Of a stretch of DNA of 64,000 nucleotides, positions 51,001 to 64,000 are shown one piece after another. Position 1 is the first letter of the stretch, and every line of letters begins with the position of its first letter. A program made the translations under genes and the position numbers. The DNA lies in the NCBI GenBank assembly GCA_030264375.1, contig JASCQW010000177.1, positions 15,347,243-15,411,242 on the forward strand, written 5' to 3'. The notes beneath the pieces are model-generated. The model worked only from the letters and a program-made list of their open reading frames with translations, was not told where the DNA came from and searched no databases. Origin of the DNA: Carcharhinus longimanus. Lineage: Eukaryota.

Positions 51001-51574
51001 CTTCCAAATGCCTTCTTCCTAGCCTGAGAAATTAAGTTTCCCTTGTCTTTCCTCATAACTCAAATTGCTAGCTCTATGGAATACTCTCCAATGATCCTCA
51101 CTGTGATTCTAGCATTACTTATTCTTTTCCAGGTCATCAAAACTTTCTTTCCTCCTTCAATCTTTCATTCCTCCTACAACATACAGGCTATTAAAACCCA
51201 AACTTCATGGAATGTAACTCCTTTATTTAGCTTGTTAACTTATCTTNNNNNNNNNNTGATAAAATCCTCCGACTTCTCTTCTTCCTCTGCAAAAGTCAAT
51301 ATGTAACAAATATTTGAGGGTAAAGGTCTCAGATCCAATCAAGAGTTCTGATACATAGAAATCTGAGAATGAGAAACAGTCTGGAATTTGATCACTGGAT
51401 TATTGATACTTGGAAGGCACAGCAGACTGAAATGCAATCGTAGGGTTTGAATAATTTTTATATAATAAAGGCTAGCAGGCAGTGAGTTACAGACAAACCA
51501 AATTGAAGAGTTTGGATCACATTGCAAACTTCTATAATTTACAAGAATCAAGTTACTTTGAAAAGTAGACATTC

Positions 51575-53480
51575 ACAGGGTCATGGAGAAAAAGCAGGTA
51601 ACTTAAGGAAGGAGTTAGGAGGGCTAAAAGGGATCATGGAAAGTCCTTGGCAAACAGCATTAAGGAAAATTCAAAGGCATTTTATACGTACGTAAAGAGC
51701 AAGAGGGTAGCCAGGGTAAGGGTTAGTCCACTCAAGGATAGTGGAGGGAATCTATGCAAGGAACCAGAGGAAATGGGAGAGATACTAAATGAATACTTTG
51801 CCTCAGTATTCGCCAAAGTGAAGAACTTGGTTGATGAGGACTATAGGGCAGGGTGTGTAGATATTCTGCGTTATGTCAATATCAAAAAGGAGGTGGTATT
51901 GGACATTTTAAAAAGCATTAAAGTAGGTAAGTCCCAGGCCTGATGGGATCTACCCTAGAATACTGAGGGTGGCAGGGGAGGAAATTGCCGGGGCCTTGAC
52001 AGAAATCTTTGTATCCTCACTGGCTACAGGTGAAGTTCTAGAGGAGTAGAGAATAGCCAGTGTTGTTCCATTGTTTAAGAAGGGCAGCAGGGATAATCCA
52101 GGAAATTATAGGCAGGTGAGCCTTATGTCAGTGGTAGAGAAATTATTGGAAAAGATTCTTGGGACAGGATTTATTCACATTTGGAAACAAATGGACTTAA
52201 TAGTGATAAACAGCATGGTTTTGTGAAGGGCAGGTCATGCCTCACTGACCTGATCGAGTTTTTCGCGGAAGTGACGGAGATGATAGATGAGGGAAAGGCA
52301 GTGGATATTGTTACACATGGACTTCAGTAAAGCCTTTGACAAGGTACCTCATGGTAGACTGGTATGAAAGGTGACATTACACAGGACCAGAGGAGGGCTG
52401 GCAAGATGGATACAGAACTGGTTTGCCATAGAAGGCAGAGGGTAGCAGTAGAGGGGTGCTTTTCTGAATGGAAGACTGTGACTAACGGTGTTCCACAGAA
52501 ATCAGCTCTTGGACCTTTGTTGTTCATATACATACATATATATAAAAAAATACATATGATTTGGAGGAAAATGTAGCTAGTCTGATTAGTAAGTTCGCAG
52601 GTGACACAAGAATTGGTGGAGTTGCAGATAGTGGACAGGAGTTCAGAGGATACAGCAAGATATAGGCCAGTTGGAGACTTGGGCGGAGAAATGGCAAATG
52701 GAGTTTACTCCAGCCAAATGTGTGGTAATGCATTTTGAAAGGTCCAATGCATCTAGGAATTATACAGTAAATGGCAGAATCCTTAGGAGTATTGACAGAG
52801 AGATCTGGGCGTACATCTCCACCGATCACTGAAAGTGGCAACACAGATGGATAAGATAGTCAAGAATGCATATGGCATGCTTGCCTTCATCAGTCGGAGT
52901 ACTGAATATAAAAATTGGCAAGTCATGCTGCAACTGTACAGAACCTTAGTTAGTCCTCATTTGGAATATTGTGTAGAATTCTTGTCGCCACACTGTCAGA
53001 AGGATGTAGATGCTTTGGAGAGGGTATGGAAGAGGTTTACCAGGATGTTGCTTGATCTGGAGGATATTAGCTTTGAGGAGAGGTTGGATAAACTTGGTTT
53101 GTTCTCATGGAACAACGGAGGTTGAGGGGTGACCTAATAGAGGTTTACAATATTGAATGGCATGGACAGAGTGGATAGTCAGACGCTCTTTCCTAGGATA
53201 GAAAAGTCAAGTACTAGGAGGCATAGGTTTAAGTGGTGTAGAGAAAAATTTAGAGATATGTGAAGTAAGTTTTTTACACAGAGTGTGTTGAAGATCTGGA
53301 GCCTACTGCCTGGGGAGGTGGTAGAAACAGGTACGATTGCGACATTTAAGAGGCATCTAAGCAAATACATGAATAGGATGGGAACGGAAGGATACGGATT
53401 CCTTAAGTGCATACAGTTTTAGTTTAGGCAGGCATCATGATTGGCGCAGGCTTGTAGGGCTGAAGGGCCTATATTGTTCT
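51575..53480 (+). mobile_element. CR1-clade LINE, ~1.9 kb of ORF2 (RT) plus 3' end, decayed
   Basis: KENSKAFYTYVKSKR, EILNEYFASVF, NYRQVSL, DFSKAFDKVPH, GVPQKSALGPLLF, LYRTLVSPHLEYCV. Confidence 0.93.
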
Positions 53481-56400
53481 TTGTAAGCGTGACTAATTGG
53501 ATAGTTCTTCAAGTAATGGTAGAGGAGTTATGGACTGAATGTTCTCCTTTCGTGTTGCCTCATTCTATGCAAACACAACAGATAGATTATTGCTTTGAAA
53601 TTAATACATTACAGATTCATTATTTATTTTACTAAGAGGGTTTTCAATGGTCATCAAGGGCCACTTTTCATTGGCAGATAGTAACATTAATACTCAGGAA
53701 CCCATGACTCTGATAAAATCACAAGATGTTAGTAAGTAACAATAGCCAGGGTTTTCTGCTTCTCTACTTGCCAGTCTTGTGATTTTTCTGTCCATTTAAT
53801 AAAAGGAAAATCACAGGTTGTCACATGCACAAATGGAAAGTCTCAATGACTTTCTGATTGGTTTGTGGGAAATCTACAACACCTTACAGCATACCGAACT
53901 AAACAAGGCAGATTGCCAGGTCAGAATTACTCAATGAATGTAAATCCATTCATGCAGAATTACCAAGTCATTATCCACTAGCATATTCATGAAGACCTCC
54001 TCATTTTCAAATGCATTTACAACATCTCTGCACAAAGTACCTTTTCCCTTATTATAAATGCCGAGATGCTGCTTACTCTAAATATTTCAGACAAAGCCTT
54101 ATATGATCCTATAACTTGGTGCCAAAACTGTAGAGGAACAACACTATTCAGAGGGGTCACAGCCACAGGAGCAAAATTTTCAACTTTCATTCATCCCAAT
54201 CCCCAAATAAAAACATAGTAAAGATAAGTAAACAGTATGAAACCATCAATATTGGAAATATGAAATTAAATCACAAAAGGTACACAGCAGAAGGAGCACA
54301 GACAGATTATTATTGCAGGTTGGCCTCTGTATCAGAAGTGACACATTCAAGCTGGAGAATTCTGTTGTTCTCCCCTTCCTAATCTCTTCATTTTTCCGGA
54401 CATGCTCTCTCATTTTCGTAAGTCTGGTAAAAGAGTTCTAATTATGCCAGATCAGATGAGTAGCCCCCACCCATACTTTTAACTTATCCTTTGCTTCTCA
54501 GGTGCTGACTGTGTATGTTCATAACTTTCTGCCTTTTATAAATACAATGCAAAGTTTATTTTTTTCTTTCAAAAGTTGGGTGAAGAAAATAATATGAATG
54601 AGAAACTGTTTTGGTGGTTCAGTATAATTCTCTGGTTATACTTTATAATGCGCAGCATTACAGACTGGCATGAGAATGCAAAATGGTACATGTTATATGA
54701 AGCATGTATTTGACAGAACTTGCACTGGTACAGGAATAATCTTGGACATCTCTTTTACTCTTGGGAAGAATGCAGTGACAAAGCAGTAGATAGTCAGCTA
54801 GCTAGTAAACACCATTCATCACTAACTCCAACTTCTTTCCCAACGGATACAAATGCATTATTTTAGGAAAGAGGGAGAACCAAGTTTTTGAAGTCTTGAA
54901 CTTCCTCTGACTACTCATATTAGTGAGATAATCTCACCCATCTTCGGTGTAATATAACATCATAGTCCTATTCCAGTAACAACAAAACTACCAGGGAGTG
55001 ACTCAAGACATCCAACTGGTCCAACTTGGGCTTGGACTGTTGATGACATGGCAAAAATACTACAAATAATCTTGAGGGCACATTGCACCACTTACTGGAT
55101 AAGGTACCAAAAGATATACATGCCTTAGGGACCCTTTCNNNNNNNNNNNNNNNNNNNNNNNNNNNNNNNNNNNNNNNNNNNNNNNNNNNNNNNNNNNNNN
55201 NNNNNNNNNNNNNNNNNNNNNNNNNNNNNNNNNNNNNNCCTTAAGTAGCTATATTCCACCTCAACATGGTCAAAAGCACAATTATCATGCCAGCAAAAAA
55301 TAGCTCCGAAGAGCAGAAGGTCCTGGATGTCAAAGGACCACTTAGCCCAGTGAACCTAACACTCGAATTCATCCCGCCTAATATTTAACTGTAACTATAA
55401 CTCCCCTAATAATGTTTTGGATACTAATGCCTTACCTCAGATTGTTCCAAATATCCTTTCATAAAGACATATTTTCTAAGGTCTGTTTTAAATTTATTTT
55501 CATTAACTTAAATATTAATCCTCTAGTAATAATGGCTTTATAGAAATAAAAGTAATAGTCACTTGTTCACCTTGCCTACATCATTTAATATTTCATATAC
55601 ACATCACTGAAATAATCTTTAACTATGTTCTTTCTGCATTGTAGAGCTTAAACTGCTCCAGATTTTTCTCAAAGCTCATCTTCTTCACAATTAGAATAAT
55701 TATTATTCTTCTTTTATCTTCTCCAAAGCCTGCACTTCCTCTTTTGAATTGCAGTGGCTAGAGATATACACAGCACTCCGTGAACTCTGACCAACACAAC
55801 ATAAAACTTCATCATTAAGCGATGGATTTGTACCCCTATTTCAACAATATACGTTCATTAATTCTTCAAGTGAAGATACGAACATATTGGATTGCTTATC
55901 GAGTTACAACTATGTCAGTTATGTACAGACAATATATTTGTTTCTTGGATCCCTACTCAGACAGAATAGGAGCATCACAGAATGCTAAAGACACCTTAGG
56001 GCATTTGTTTCTGTTGATGGAAATGAGTAATGGCTGCATGGTTATAAGCGAAAATGACAGGACTAAAAGTACGGGAAAAAAAAGGATATTTAACTCAAAA
56101 AAGGTGGACGTGGAATTAACAAAAAGCAATGGAAAGCCGAAGCAGCATCAACGGGAATATTAGAGAAATTTGAGTCCGATATTTTGAAAGAATGCTTCTA
56201 GTAATTATTGGTTCAAATGGACTGATCACATATAGTCCCAACCAATATTGAAGCACTTGTTGCAGTTGATCTCCAGCCTGTGTTACTACGGAAATGAGTT
56301 CAGAAATAACCTCTAAATTAAATTTACCACTTAGCGAGTTTCACAATTTTCAGTGTTTTCACAAGTGTATGTAATTTTATTTCTTTTTTAATCTGCCCAC

Positions 56401-56899
56401 CTCAACANNNNNNNNNNACATGCAAACATCCAGAAGCACTGGGAAGGAGCAAGAAATGAATGGGACGATACCCTGGCAGATAAATATGCTAGGCAACTCA
56501 AGGTAAGAGGAGAATGGCTTAATTTATTGTGCTAATGCTTAACTGAACATTTTGGCCTATTCCAATCCTAAACACGTTAACAAACGTTGGGTCCAATTGC
56601 TCTCTGCTGTGTTTGATTTCCCTTTCAATTTTATACGTTCCTCTCCTGAAGGTGTCATCTCAGGCTGGGTAGTTCTGTGGGCAATAGTTTTGCTTTGGTA
56701 TCTCAATGCTCAGTCCTCCTGCCTGAGCCTGGACAGTGGCTGTCAGTAGGATACTTAGCCATGAGTGGTCATCACAGCTGAGCCTAACAACCAAACACAT
56801 ACATTTCCACCACAGGTCACTGAAAAATGCTTATGAGCTGAAACATCAGTCGTTCTTTTAAATCCTCCCTAACCAAAAAATATTAAAATCAACAGCCCC

Positions 56900-57139
56900 T
56901 GTTCCAAATATGATCAACAAACTCATGGATCGAGAGATGGAACCTTACAATTTCCAGGTTTATATTGTTCAGTACATTTGATAGATGAGATACCAGGATT
57001 GGATCAATGATATTAGAACAAATGTGACTTTTGGCCAAATAATGTTTTGCGTATTTATGTGACAATCTTCTCCCTAGTATTTTAGTGAAGGTATTACTCC
57101 CATCATTTTCAATGAGTTGACACTGTTAAAATGTGGGAA
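56900..57139 (+). repeat. 240-bp direct repeat, copy 1 (probable donor)
   Basis: Ungapped match to 58982-59221 with 7 substitutions counted by eye. Confidence 0.93.
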
Positions 57140-57513
57140 CCTGATGAGCTTTTATCCAATAATGTCATCAGCAGTATTTGTATGGTGTTCATTCTGTTTG
57201 TAATGTGCTAATTTTCCTAGCTTTTGTCAGAGGGACACTGCGCCTCATACATGTTCGAACATTGTCTGCCACCTCCCCCCCCCCCAACCAACCCAATATG
57301 GTACTGAACACTTATGAAAACTTAAAATTTGAGAACAGTTGCTAAGTACAAACAGCATGCATTCCATGTCCTTTCTCTGCAAGCATAGAGATACTAGCAG
57401 AGTGTACATACCATGTCTCTCAGTGAAAACTGAGACAAAATGAATGCGCTGCATACAAAGTTCTTAGGCAGCAGGACCTTCCAAGCAGGCACATGAGATC
57501 AGTAAGAAACTTA

Positions 57514-57651
<138 letters not shown>

Positions 57652-57767
57652 CTATGTCAATTTCACACTTTTGCCTGCACTACTTTTCTCGCAAAAACGC
57701 TGACACATGTTGAGCAATGATGACTGCCCTCCATTACCTGACTCATTCTCCAAGTTTACCCTCCAAG

Positions 57768-58065
57768 TGGGTGGCACGGTGGTTAGCACTGCTGCATCAC
57801 ATTGCCAGGGATCTGGGTTTGATTCCCTGTTTGGGTCACTGTCTGTGTGGAGACTGCATGTTCTCCCTGTGTCTGTGTGGGTTTCCTCCCGGTGCTCCGG
57901 TTTCCTCCCACAGTCCAAAGGTGTGTGGATTAGATGGATTGGCCACGTTAAATTGCCCCGTAGTGTCAGGGGGACTAGCTATGGTAAATGCATGGGGTTA
58001 TGGGGATAGGGCTTGGTTGGGATTGTGGTTTGTGCAGACTTGATGGGCCTAGTGGCCTTCTTCTG
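57768..58065 (+). mobile_element. HE1-like SINE, full length, followed by CR1 and SINE fragments to ~58456
   Basis: Head gggtggcacggtggttagcactgctgc...gggtttgattccc and CR1-like tail. Confidence 0.85.
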
Positions 58066-58829
58066 TTGTTTATGAAGGGTGGCAGGCAAAAGGCGGGGAA
58101 TTATAGGCTGGTTAGTTTAACGTCTGTTGTAGGTAAAATGTTAGAATCCATCATCAAGGAGGAAATAGCGAGGCATCNNNNNNNNNNNGCCCTTTAGTGT
58201 CCCAGGATCGGTAGTTTAGAGGATTAGCTGGATAAATATTTGGGGTGATGCAGATAGGGCCTGGGTGGGGTTGTTGTCGATGCAGACTCAAGGGGCCAAA
58301 TGGCCTGCTTTTGCACTGTAGGGTTTCTATTATCAAATCTATGCAGACATGGGGAGAACGTGCAAACTCCACAAAGGCAGTCACTCAAGGCTGGAATGGA
58401 ACCCGGGTCCCTGGCATTGTGAGGCAGCAGTGTGAACCACTGTGCCGCCGTGCCATCCTTTGTCTCAATTTTTAGATTTGTTCACTAAACAGCCAATCAC
58501 ATAGTAGGGCTTTGGGAAGGGATGGGGGGGGAGGGAGGGATTCAGTCCCCATTCTGATTGATTATAGAAAGAATGTTTAGAAGTTGTGGGGAACATTCAG
58601 CTCTTTGATTAGATATCGGTATTTCTGTTCCTGGGGAAGCTTTCTTGGGGAATTGTGTACAACAAAATCATCTGTTCTTTATATATGTTACAAACAGTAC
58701 TCAGAGAAATTCTCCCTTCCCTTTCCTTGCATGCTTCCACCCTCCACGCATCGTCATTCACACAGTTTCAGTCCTAACTTATCGCTCACACTCCAACCTT
58801 CTATCTCTAGATCCTACTTAAGATGTTAA

Positions 58830-59450
58830 TCTTGCCTCTGAGTTAGAATGTCATCAGTTCAAGCTTTGAACACAATTTATACAAGCAAATAGTTGCAGTA
58901 TTTAAGGACCGCTGCACTATTAGAGGTTCCGTCTTTTGGCTGAGATGTTAAACCAAGGTCCCATTTGCTCTCACAGATGAATGTTCCAAATATGATCAAC
59001 AAACTCATGGATCGAGAGATGGAACCTTACAATTTCCAGGTTTATATTGTTCAGTGCATTTGCTAAATGAGATACCAGGATTGGATCAACGATATTAGAA
59101 CAGATGTGACTTTTGGCCAAATAATGTTTTGCGTATTTATGTGACAATCTTCTGCCCAGTATTTTAGTGAAGGTATTACTCCCATCATTTTCAATGAGTT
59201 GACACTGTTAAAATGTGGGAAATTGCATTATTTCAAAGAACAAGGGAGTTCTCCTGGTGCCCTGAGCAATATTTATCCTTCAACTAACCAAAACCCAAAA
59301 CACATTTTATCTGGTCATTTATTTAATTGTTGTTTGTAGGAGTTTGCTATTGTGTTTTCTATATTACACTAATAACATTTCAAAAGTACTTTGTTAGCAG
59401 TAAAGGGCTTGGAACATTCCAAAGTTGTGAAAGGTACTATATAAATCCAA
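58830..59450 (+). mobile_element. DeuSINE-like element split by a 240-bp insertion
   Basis: Deu-like core gctgcactattagaggttccgtcttttggctgagatgttaaaccaaggtccc stops at ~58984 and resumes at ~59222 (gcattatttcaaagaacaagggagttctcc...gtgaaaggtactatataaat). Confidence 0.7.
58982..59221 (+). repeat. 240-bp direct repeat, copy 2 (inserted into a SINE)
   Basis: About 97% identical to 56900-57139. Confidence 0.93.
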
Positions 59451-60743
59451 GCAATTGTCATGCTTCTTTATATCCATAATTTTACAGCCTCAGTTGACAT
59501 TCACTGCTCCTACCTCCAACCTTCCCTTCCAGGCTTTCACTCTTTGCTGACATTTGCACACAACCTGGTGCCAACTTAGACGACATGACTAGTCTCTGCT
59601 TCCTTGATTATCAGTAGTTACCTACCTGTACACTTTTTCCCCCGGACTATAATCTTTCACAGAAAATAAACTAAATTTCTTAAAACCATCAGCAAAAGAT
59701 AATAGTCAAAATTTAGATCAAGCTCATTATCACACTGTAGGGTGCTGCTGAAGCACAAGTAAGTGGTTCAAAGAGTCAGTATTTTTCCCCAATTTTTTTC
59801 TTCCCATCTCTCTTGGAGAAATCACCTCTTCACTGAGGTACATTTCTGTATGATGGTTGTACTTCCAGTACTAGCTAAGTGACTATTATTTATACCTGAA
59901 ATTGAGTGTTGCCTATTTGATCAAAGGTGAGCAGTTAATGCCAATCATATCCTTCCCTAGCACGAGCACATTTTGAATCAATCTCTGAAGATTTACATAG
60001 AACTTACAGGTACAGAAAGAAGCAGGGAACATACTGATAGGATAGCACTCAGTCACTGTATCCTATCAATGTGTCCCCTGCTTCTTTCCTCCTCATATAC
60101 TTAGATTTCACTGAAATGCATCTACGTTATCTGTCTTTACTGATCCAAGTTCCACATTCTGACCACTCTTTGGGTAAAGAATTTTCTCCTGAATTCCCTA
60201 TTAGATCTATTATTAACTATCATATCAGAATCACAGAACGGTTACAGCTCAGAAGGAAGCCATTCAGCCCATCATCTGCACTGGCTTTCTGAAGGAACAC
60301 TTCACACTGCATCACTCCCTGTTCTTCTTCCCAAGGCCCTGCACATTCTTCCTTTTCAGATAATAGTCCAACTCCTTCTTAAATGCCTTCATTGATCCTA
60401 ACCCTACCACACACTTAGGTAGCGCATTGCAGATCCTAACCACTTACTGTGTGTAAAAGCTTTTCCTCACACCTCCATTGATGGCATCTAGTTATAGATT
60501 GTCCACAAGTGAAAATATTATCTCTATATAATACTACTGGATCTTTTTATAACCTTCAAGACTTTTATCAAGCGGTAGGGAATTAGGCAGTGTCTCTCTG
60601 GTGGATTTATCATTCTTTAACTCAGACACTGAGGAAACTACTGTAATTATATCATCAGGCTAGCTGAGGTAAGTTAGTGGCAAAAAATCTGGGTCCTACC
60701 TGTTCTATATGATTCAGTTACTCACTGGGAAGAGCCTACTTAC

Positions 60744-60803
60744 CTTAATCACCATTTCAAAGGTAAAGACTCCAGTAAATACATAGTCAAAGTATCTTAA
60801 AAC
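60744..60803 (-). CDS. CACNA1A: CACNA1A exon ~23 (60 nt): [20 protein letters not shown] (III S2)
   Basis: Acceptor ttccacag, donor gtaagt; canonical Cav2 sequence. Confidence 0.97.
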
Positions 60804-61354
60804 CTGTGGAAAGAGGATTGAAAATAATGAGTGAAATCAAAGTTTACACAGTCTAGTCACTGATGATGATAAACAATAATCAGCATGAAGATCATAAGAG
60901 ATAGAAGCCATTTAGGTCTTTCAAGTTTGCTTCATTCATCACTCAATTTAATGACTGCATCCCCATAATCCTCGATTCCCTTGTAGATCAAAAAACTGTC
61001 TAATTCAACTGTCAACATATTCAACAAGCCAACTCCTCTGCTCGCTCGAGAAATCTAACAATCTGCAGAGAGAAAAAAAAAATCCTCAACTTCTTCTTAA
61101 ATGGGAGACTCCTCATTTTTAAATTGTGCCTCCTAGTTTTAGACTCCCACACATGGATTAATTACATCTCCTACTCTGACTCATTTTTTTCCATAATTGC
61201 AAAACTGTGAACTTGCTCATCTTTTTCAGCCTTCAGTTTAGAAAACTAAAAGCCTTTGACATCCAAGCTTGGTGTCACCTAACTACTAAATACTTCTTGA
61301 TTTACCTGATCTTTTTGGTTACTTTATCACTGTGGCAATGTCCCAAATCCTCCC

Positions 61355-61587
61355 GATGTGGAGCTGCTGGCGTTGGACCGGGGTAAAACAGAAAGAAATT
61401 CCACAACACCAGTTTAAAGTCCAAACAGGTTCATTTGTAGCAAAAATAAGGTTGGGCCACCTGATGAAGGGACAGGCTGTCCCGAAAGCTTGCGGCTTTT
61501 GCTACAAATAAACCTGTTTGGACTTTAAACTGGTGTAATGGGATTTCTTTCTGTTTTACCCCAGTCCAACGCTGGCATCTCCACATC
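61355..61587. mobile_element. Fold-back Penelope-derived element: ~90-bp inverted arms around a hammerhead motif
   Basis: Arms 61355-61445 and 61497-61587 are near-perfect reverse complements. Confidence 0.8.
61456..61496 (+). ncRNA. Minimal hammerhead ribozyme motif
   Basis: GCCAC-CUGAUGA-A-GGGACA ggc UGUCCC-GAAA-GCU-U-GCGGC: 6-bp stem II, stem I with one mismatch. Confidence 0.6.
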
Positions 61588-62361
61588 ATGACAAAGTACC
61601 AATGCCGAGGGGACACCTTGGCTCTAGCCATTGGGCATAGGGCAGTACCAAGGGAGCAGGGACAGCTGGGGGGGATCCTACTGCTGCTCTGCATTGGGAT
61701 TGATGGGTGCAGGAGGGAGGCCAGGGATTGGAGTGAGCTGATTGGGGGGGTTTCTGCTGGGGGTGGGAGGGATTGCATTGCAGAGCGAATGGGAGATTCT
61801 AGTGTGAAATCTGCCATCCTTACCTGGTCTGACTCATGTGACTCCAGAGCCACAGCAATGTGGTTGACTCACAAGTGTCCTCTGGCAACTGGGGATGGGC
61901 AGCCAGTGACACCCACATCCACGAATGAATAAAACAGAATGCTGAATTTGATGTGAAAGGCTTCTATAGCCTACAGACTTCCTGCATGTTAATTTCAAGG
62001 ACTTGAGGAGGGAGATGAGGTAGCAAGAATGTTGTTAATATTAATGCTGTTTTAATGGCAATAATGCTGAAATAACATTAAGGTTGTCACTATAATGTAA
62101 ATTCACAAGACTCCGAACAACGTAAGACTTAGAATAAAGAACATAGAAAATTACAGCAGAGGAACAAGCCCTTCGGCCCCCACCAAGCCTGCACTGACTA
62201 CACTGCCGACTGAACTAAAACCCCCTACCCTTCCAGGGACCATATCCCCCTATTCCCATCCTATTTGTGTATTTGGCCAAACGCCTCTTAAAACTCATTA
62301 TCATATCTGCTTCCACTACCTTCCCTGGCAGTGAGTGAAGTAAACTGAAGTAATGTTACTT

Positions 62362-63010
62362 AGGCCAGGTTTTCCCAAAATAATCTAAGTTAATGTGTGG
62401 GAAATGGGAGTAATTCTCGCCTTTTCTTTAGTGTACTTACCTGAGCGAATCTCTGACACTCAGCACTGCAGAGTGCCTCAGCAGGATTCACGTTGGAAAG
62501 TAGTGACAAAGCCTATTGCCATCCAAGAGGCCTGCATCATAGTGCTGAGCAGGCTACCGCACATGCGCTGATCTGTGAGTGGAGATCGCCACGTATGTAA
62601 TGCGCCCTCCCAGTTGTTGGCTTTTCTGATTGCTGGCTAGCCCCGCAAGCCTCCCTGATTGCTGGTCTTCCAATTACACCCCCCTTCATCCGATTGACCT
62701 CCTGGACCTCCCCAGGCCAGTCCCACCTGCCCAGTGGGCAATGCCAGTTTGCACCCCTCTTACCCCCAACTCCCCTGGGAGTTTCAATGGCCTCTGTTCT
62801 GTTCTATGGGGTCAGATGCCTGTTCCCTGTTAGTGGGGAGCAGTTGTAAACGCCGCTGGAGGGATCAGTCCCAGTGGGGGAGGAAACACTCGCAGGCCTC
62901 GAGAATAGCGTCCAGGGCCCACTGATTATATTGAAATGCTGATTTCAGTATGATAATTAGCTCCACGTTGATATCTGGCATAGAGCTGAATACGCTCAAA
63001 AACCTAGCCT
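62362..63010. mobile_element. Non-autonomous DNA transposon (Harbinger-like MITE)
   Basis: TIRs aggccaggtttt / aaaacctagcct; GC-rich interior similar to 31315-32095. Confidence 0.55.
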
Positions 63011-63027
63011 GGGAGACATGCAGAAGT

Positions 63028-63290
63028 GATGATGTGGGTATGCCGGCGTTGGACTGGCGTAAACACAGTAAAAAGTCTGACAACACCAGGTTTTAGTCCN
63101 NNNNNNNNNNNNNNNNNNNNNNNNNNNNNNNNNNNNNNNNNNNNNNNNNNNNNNNNNNNNNNNNNNNNNNNNNNNNNNNNNNNNNNNNNNNNNNNNNNNG
63201 AAGGGACAGGCTGTCCCGAAAGCTTGCGGCTTTTGCTACAAATAAACCTGTTTGGACTTTAAACTGGTGTTGTGGGGTTTCTTTCTGTCC
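63028..63290. mobile_element. Penelope-derived fold-back element spanning a gap; another left arm starts at ~63962
   Basis: Left arm gatgtgggtatgccggcgttggactgg...; right part gaagggacaggctgtcccgaaagcttgcggcttttgctacaaataaacc is identical to 61466-61514. Confidence 0.75.
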
Positions 63291-64000
63291 AACTCCTCCC
63301 AACAGGAAACTGTCCTTGCAGGAGCAGTTTAGGGAAATAAGGCAGCAAGATTGTAATCTGATGTTCATTTGAGGGCAGCTTCCCCAGTGGAATCTTTATT
63401 AGCCCAAATCGCTCATAAAGGCTTTTGAATTATATAAACCTAAAAATAGCGAAGAAAATAAGGTAATTGGTAACATGGTGGGTTGGTTTACTGGGTACAC
63501 CATAGCTGAGATTGCTAAGGCACTGTATGATGAAAGTGGCTGTAACCTCATGCAGCACCGATCGGCTGTTCAATTTCTCAGGTTGACAGTATTTGGGTTT
63601 TGAAATCTAACCAATCTGATTATCACATCTGATTTTCTGTAGTTATGAGACTATGCCATGCAGCTATCTCTGGAGGTAAGCATCTTAAAGCAGTTGAAAA
63701 AAAACTCATTTAGACAGGAGATGAATGTAAGTTATGCTGTCCTGATACATGAAACATGGTGTATAGAAGTGGAGGAAAAGAGTAGAATTTTTAACTCTGG
63801 AAATGATGTAGAGAAGACGCTGAGAATACAAGAACACAGGAACACAAAAATTCAAATCTGCAAAAAAGCAACTGACAAAAAAAAAAGAAGCTACAAATGA
63901 AATATTGATTACTGGGGCAGATTTACAATGAAACATACTGTGCCGTGGCATGGGGCCCCAGTGATGTGGAGATGCCGGCATTGGACTGGGGTAAACACAG

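Noticed and set aside
57768-57840. tRNA-like sequence with A and B boxes
   Set aside because: It is a SINE head continuing into SINE body, with no complete cloverleaf.

Overview
Eukaryotic genomic DNA, almost certainly a cartilaginous fish (shark-type SINE, CR1, Penelope and Harbinger repeats; several N gaps). The window is an internal segment of CACNA1A (Cav2.1, P/Q-type calcium channel alpha-1A) on the minus strand. Thirteen constitutive exons, equivalent to human exons ~23-35 (domain III S2 to domain IV pore loop/S6), were traced with GT-AG ends and a continuous frame from 60803 down to 558. Three additional frame-preserving cassette exon candidates, absent from the ORF track, fall in voltage-sensor S3-S4 loops. 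The first is a 6-nt e31a-like microexon (ACCACG, Thr-Thr; 10184-10189) behind a 240-nt AG-free, YCAY-rich tract. The second is a 12-nt e24a-like microexon (SLMG; 36253-36264). The third is a 48-nt acidic/proline exon (KPPSPELGSDQESSE; 45944-45991) that I do not recognise from mammalian Cav2.1. Introns also carry Penelope-type minimal hammerhead ribozyme motifs (two sense to the pre-mRNA), a decayed two-gene PIF/Harbinger transposon, and a 240-bp local templated duplication bracketing exon 24. All splicing and ribozyme claims are sequence-based predictions. Family comparisons are from recalled sequences, not database searches.
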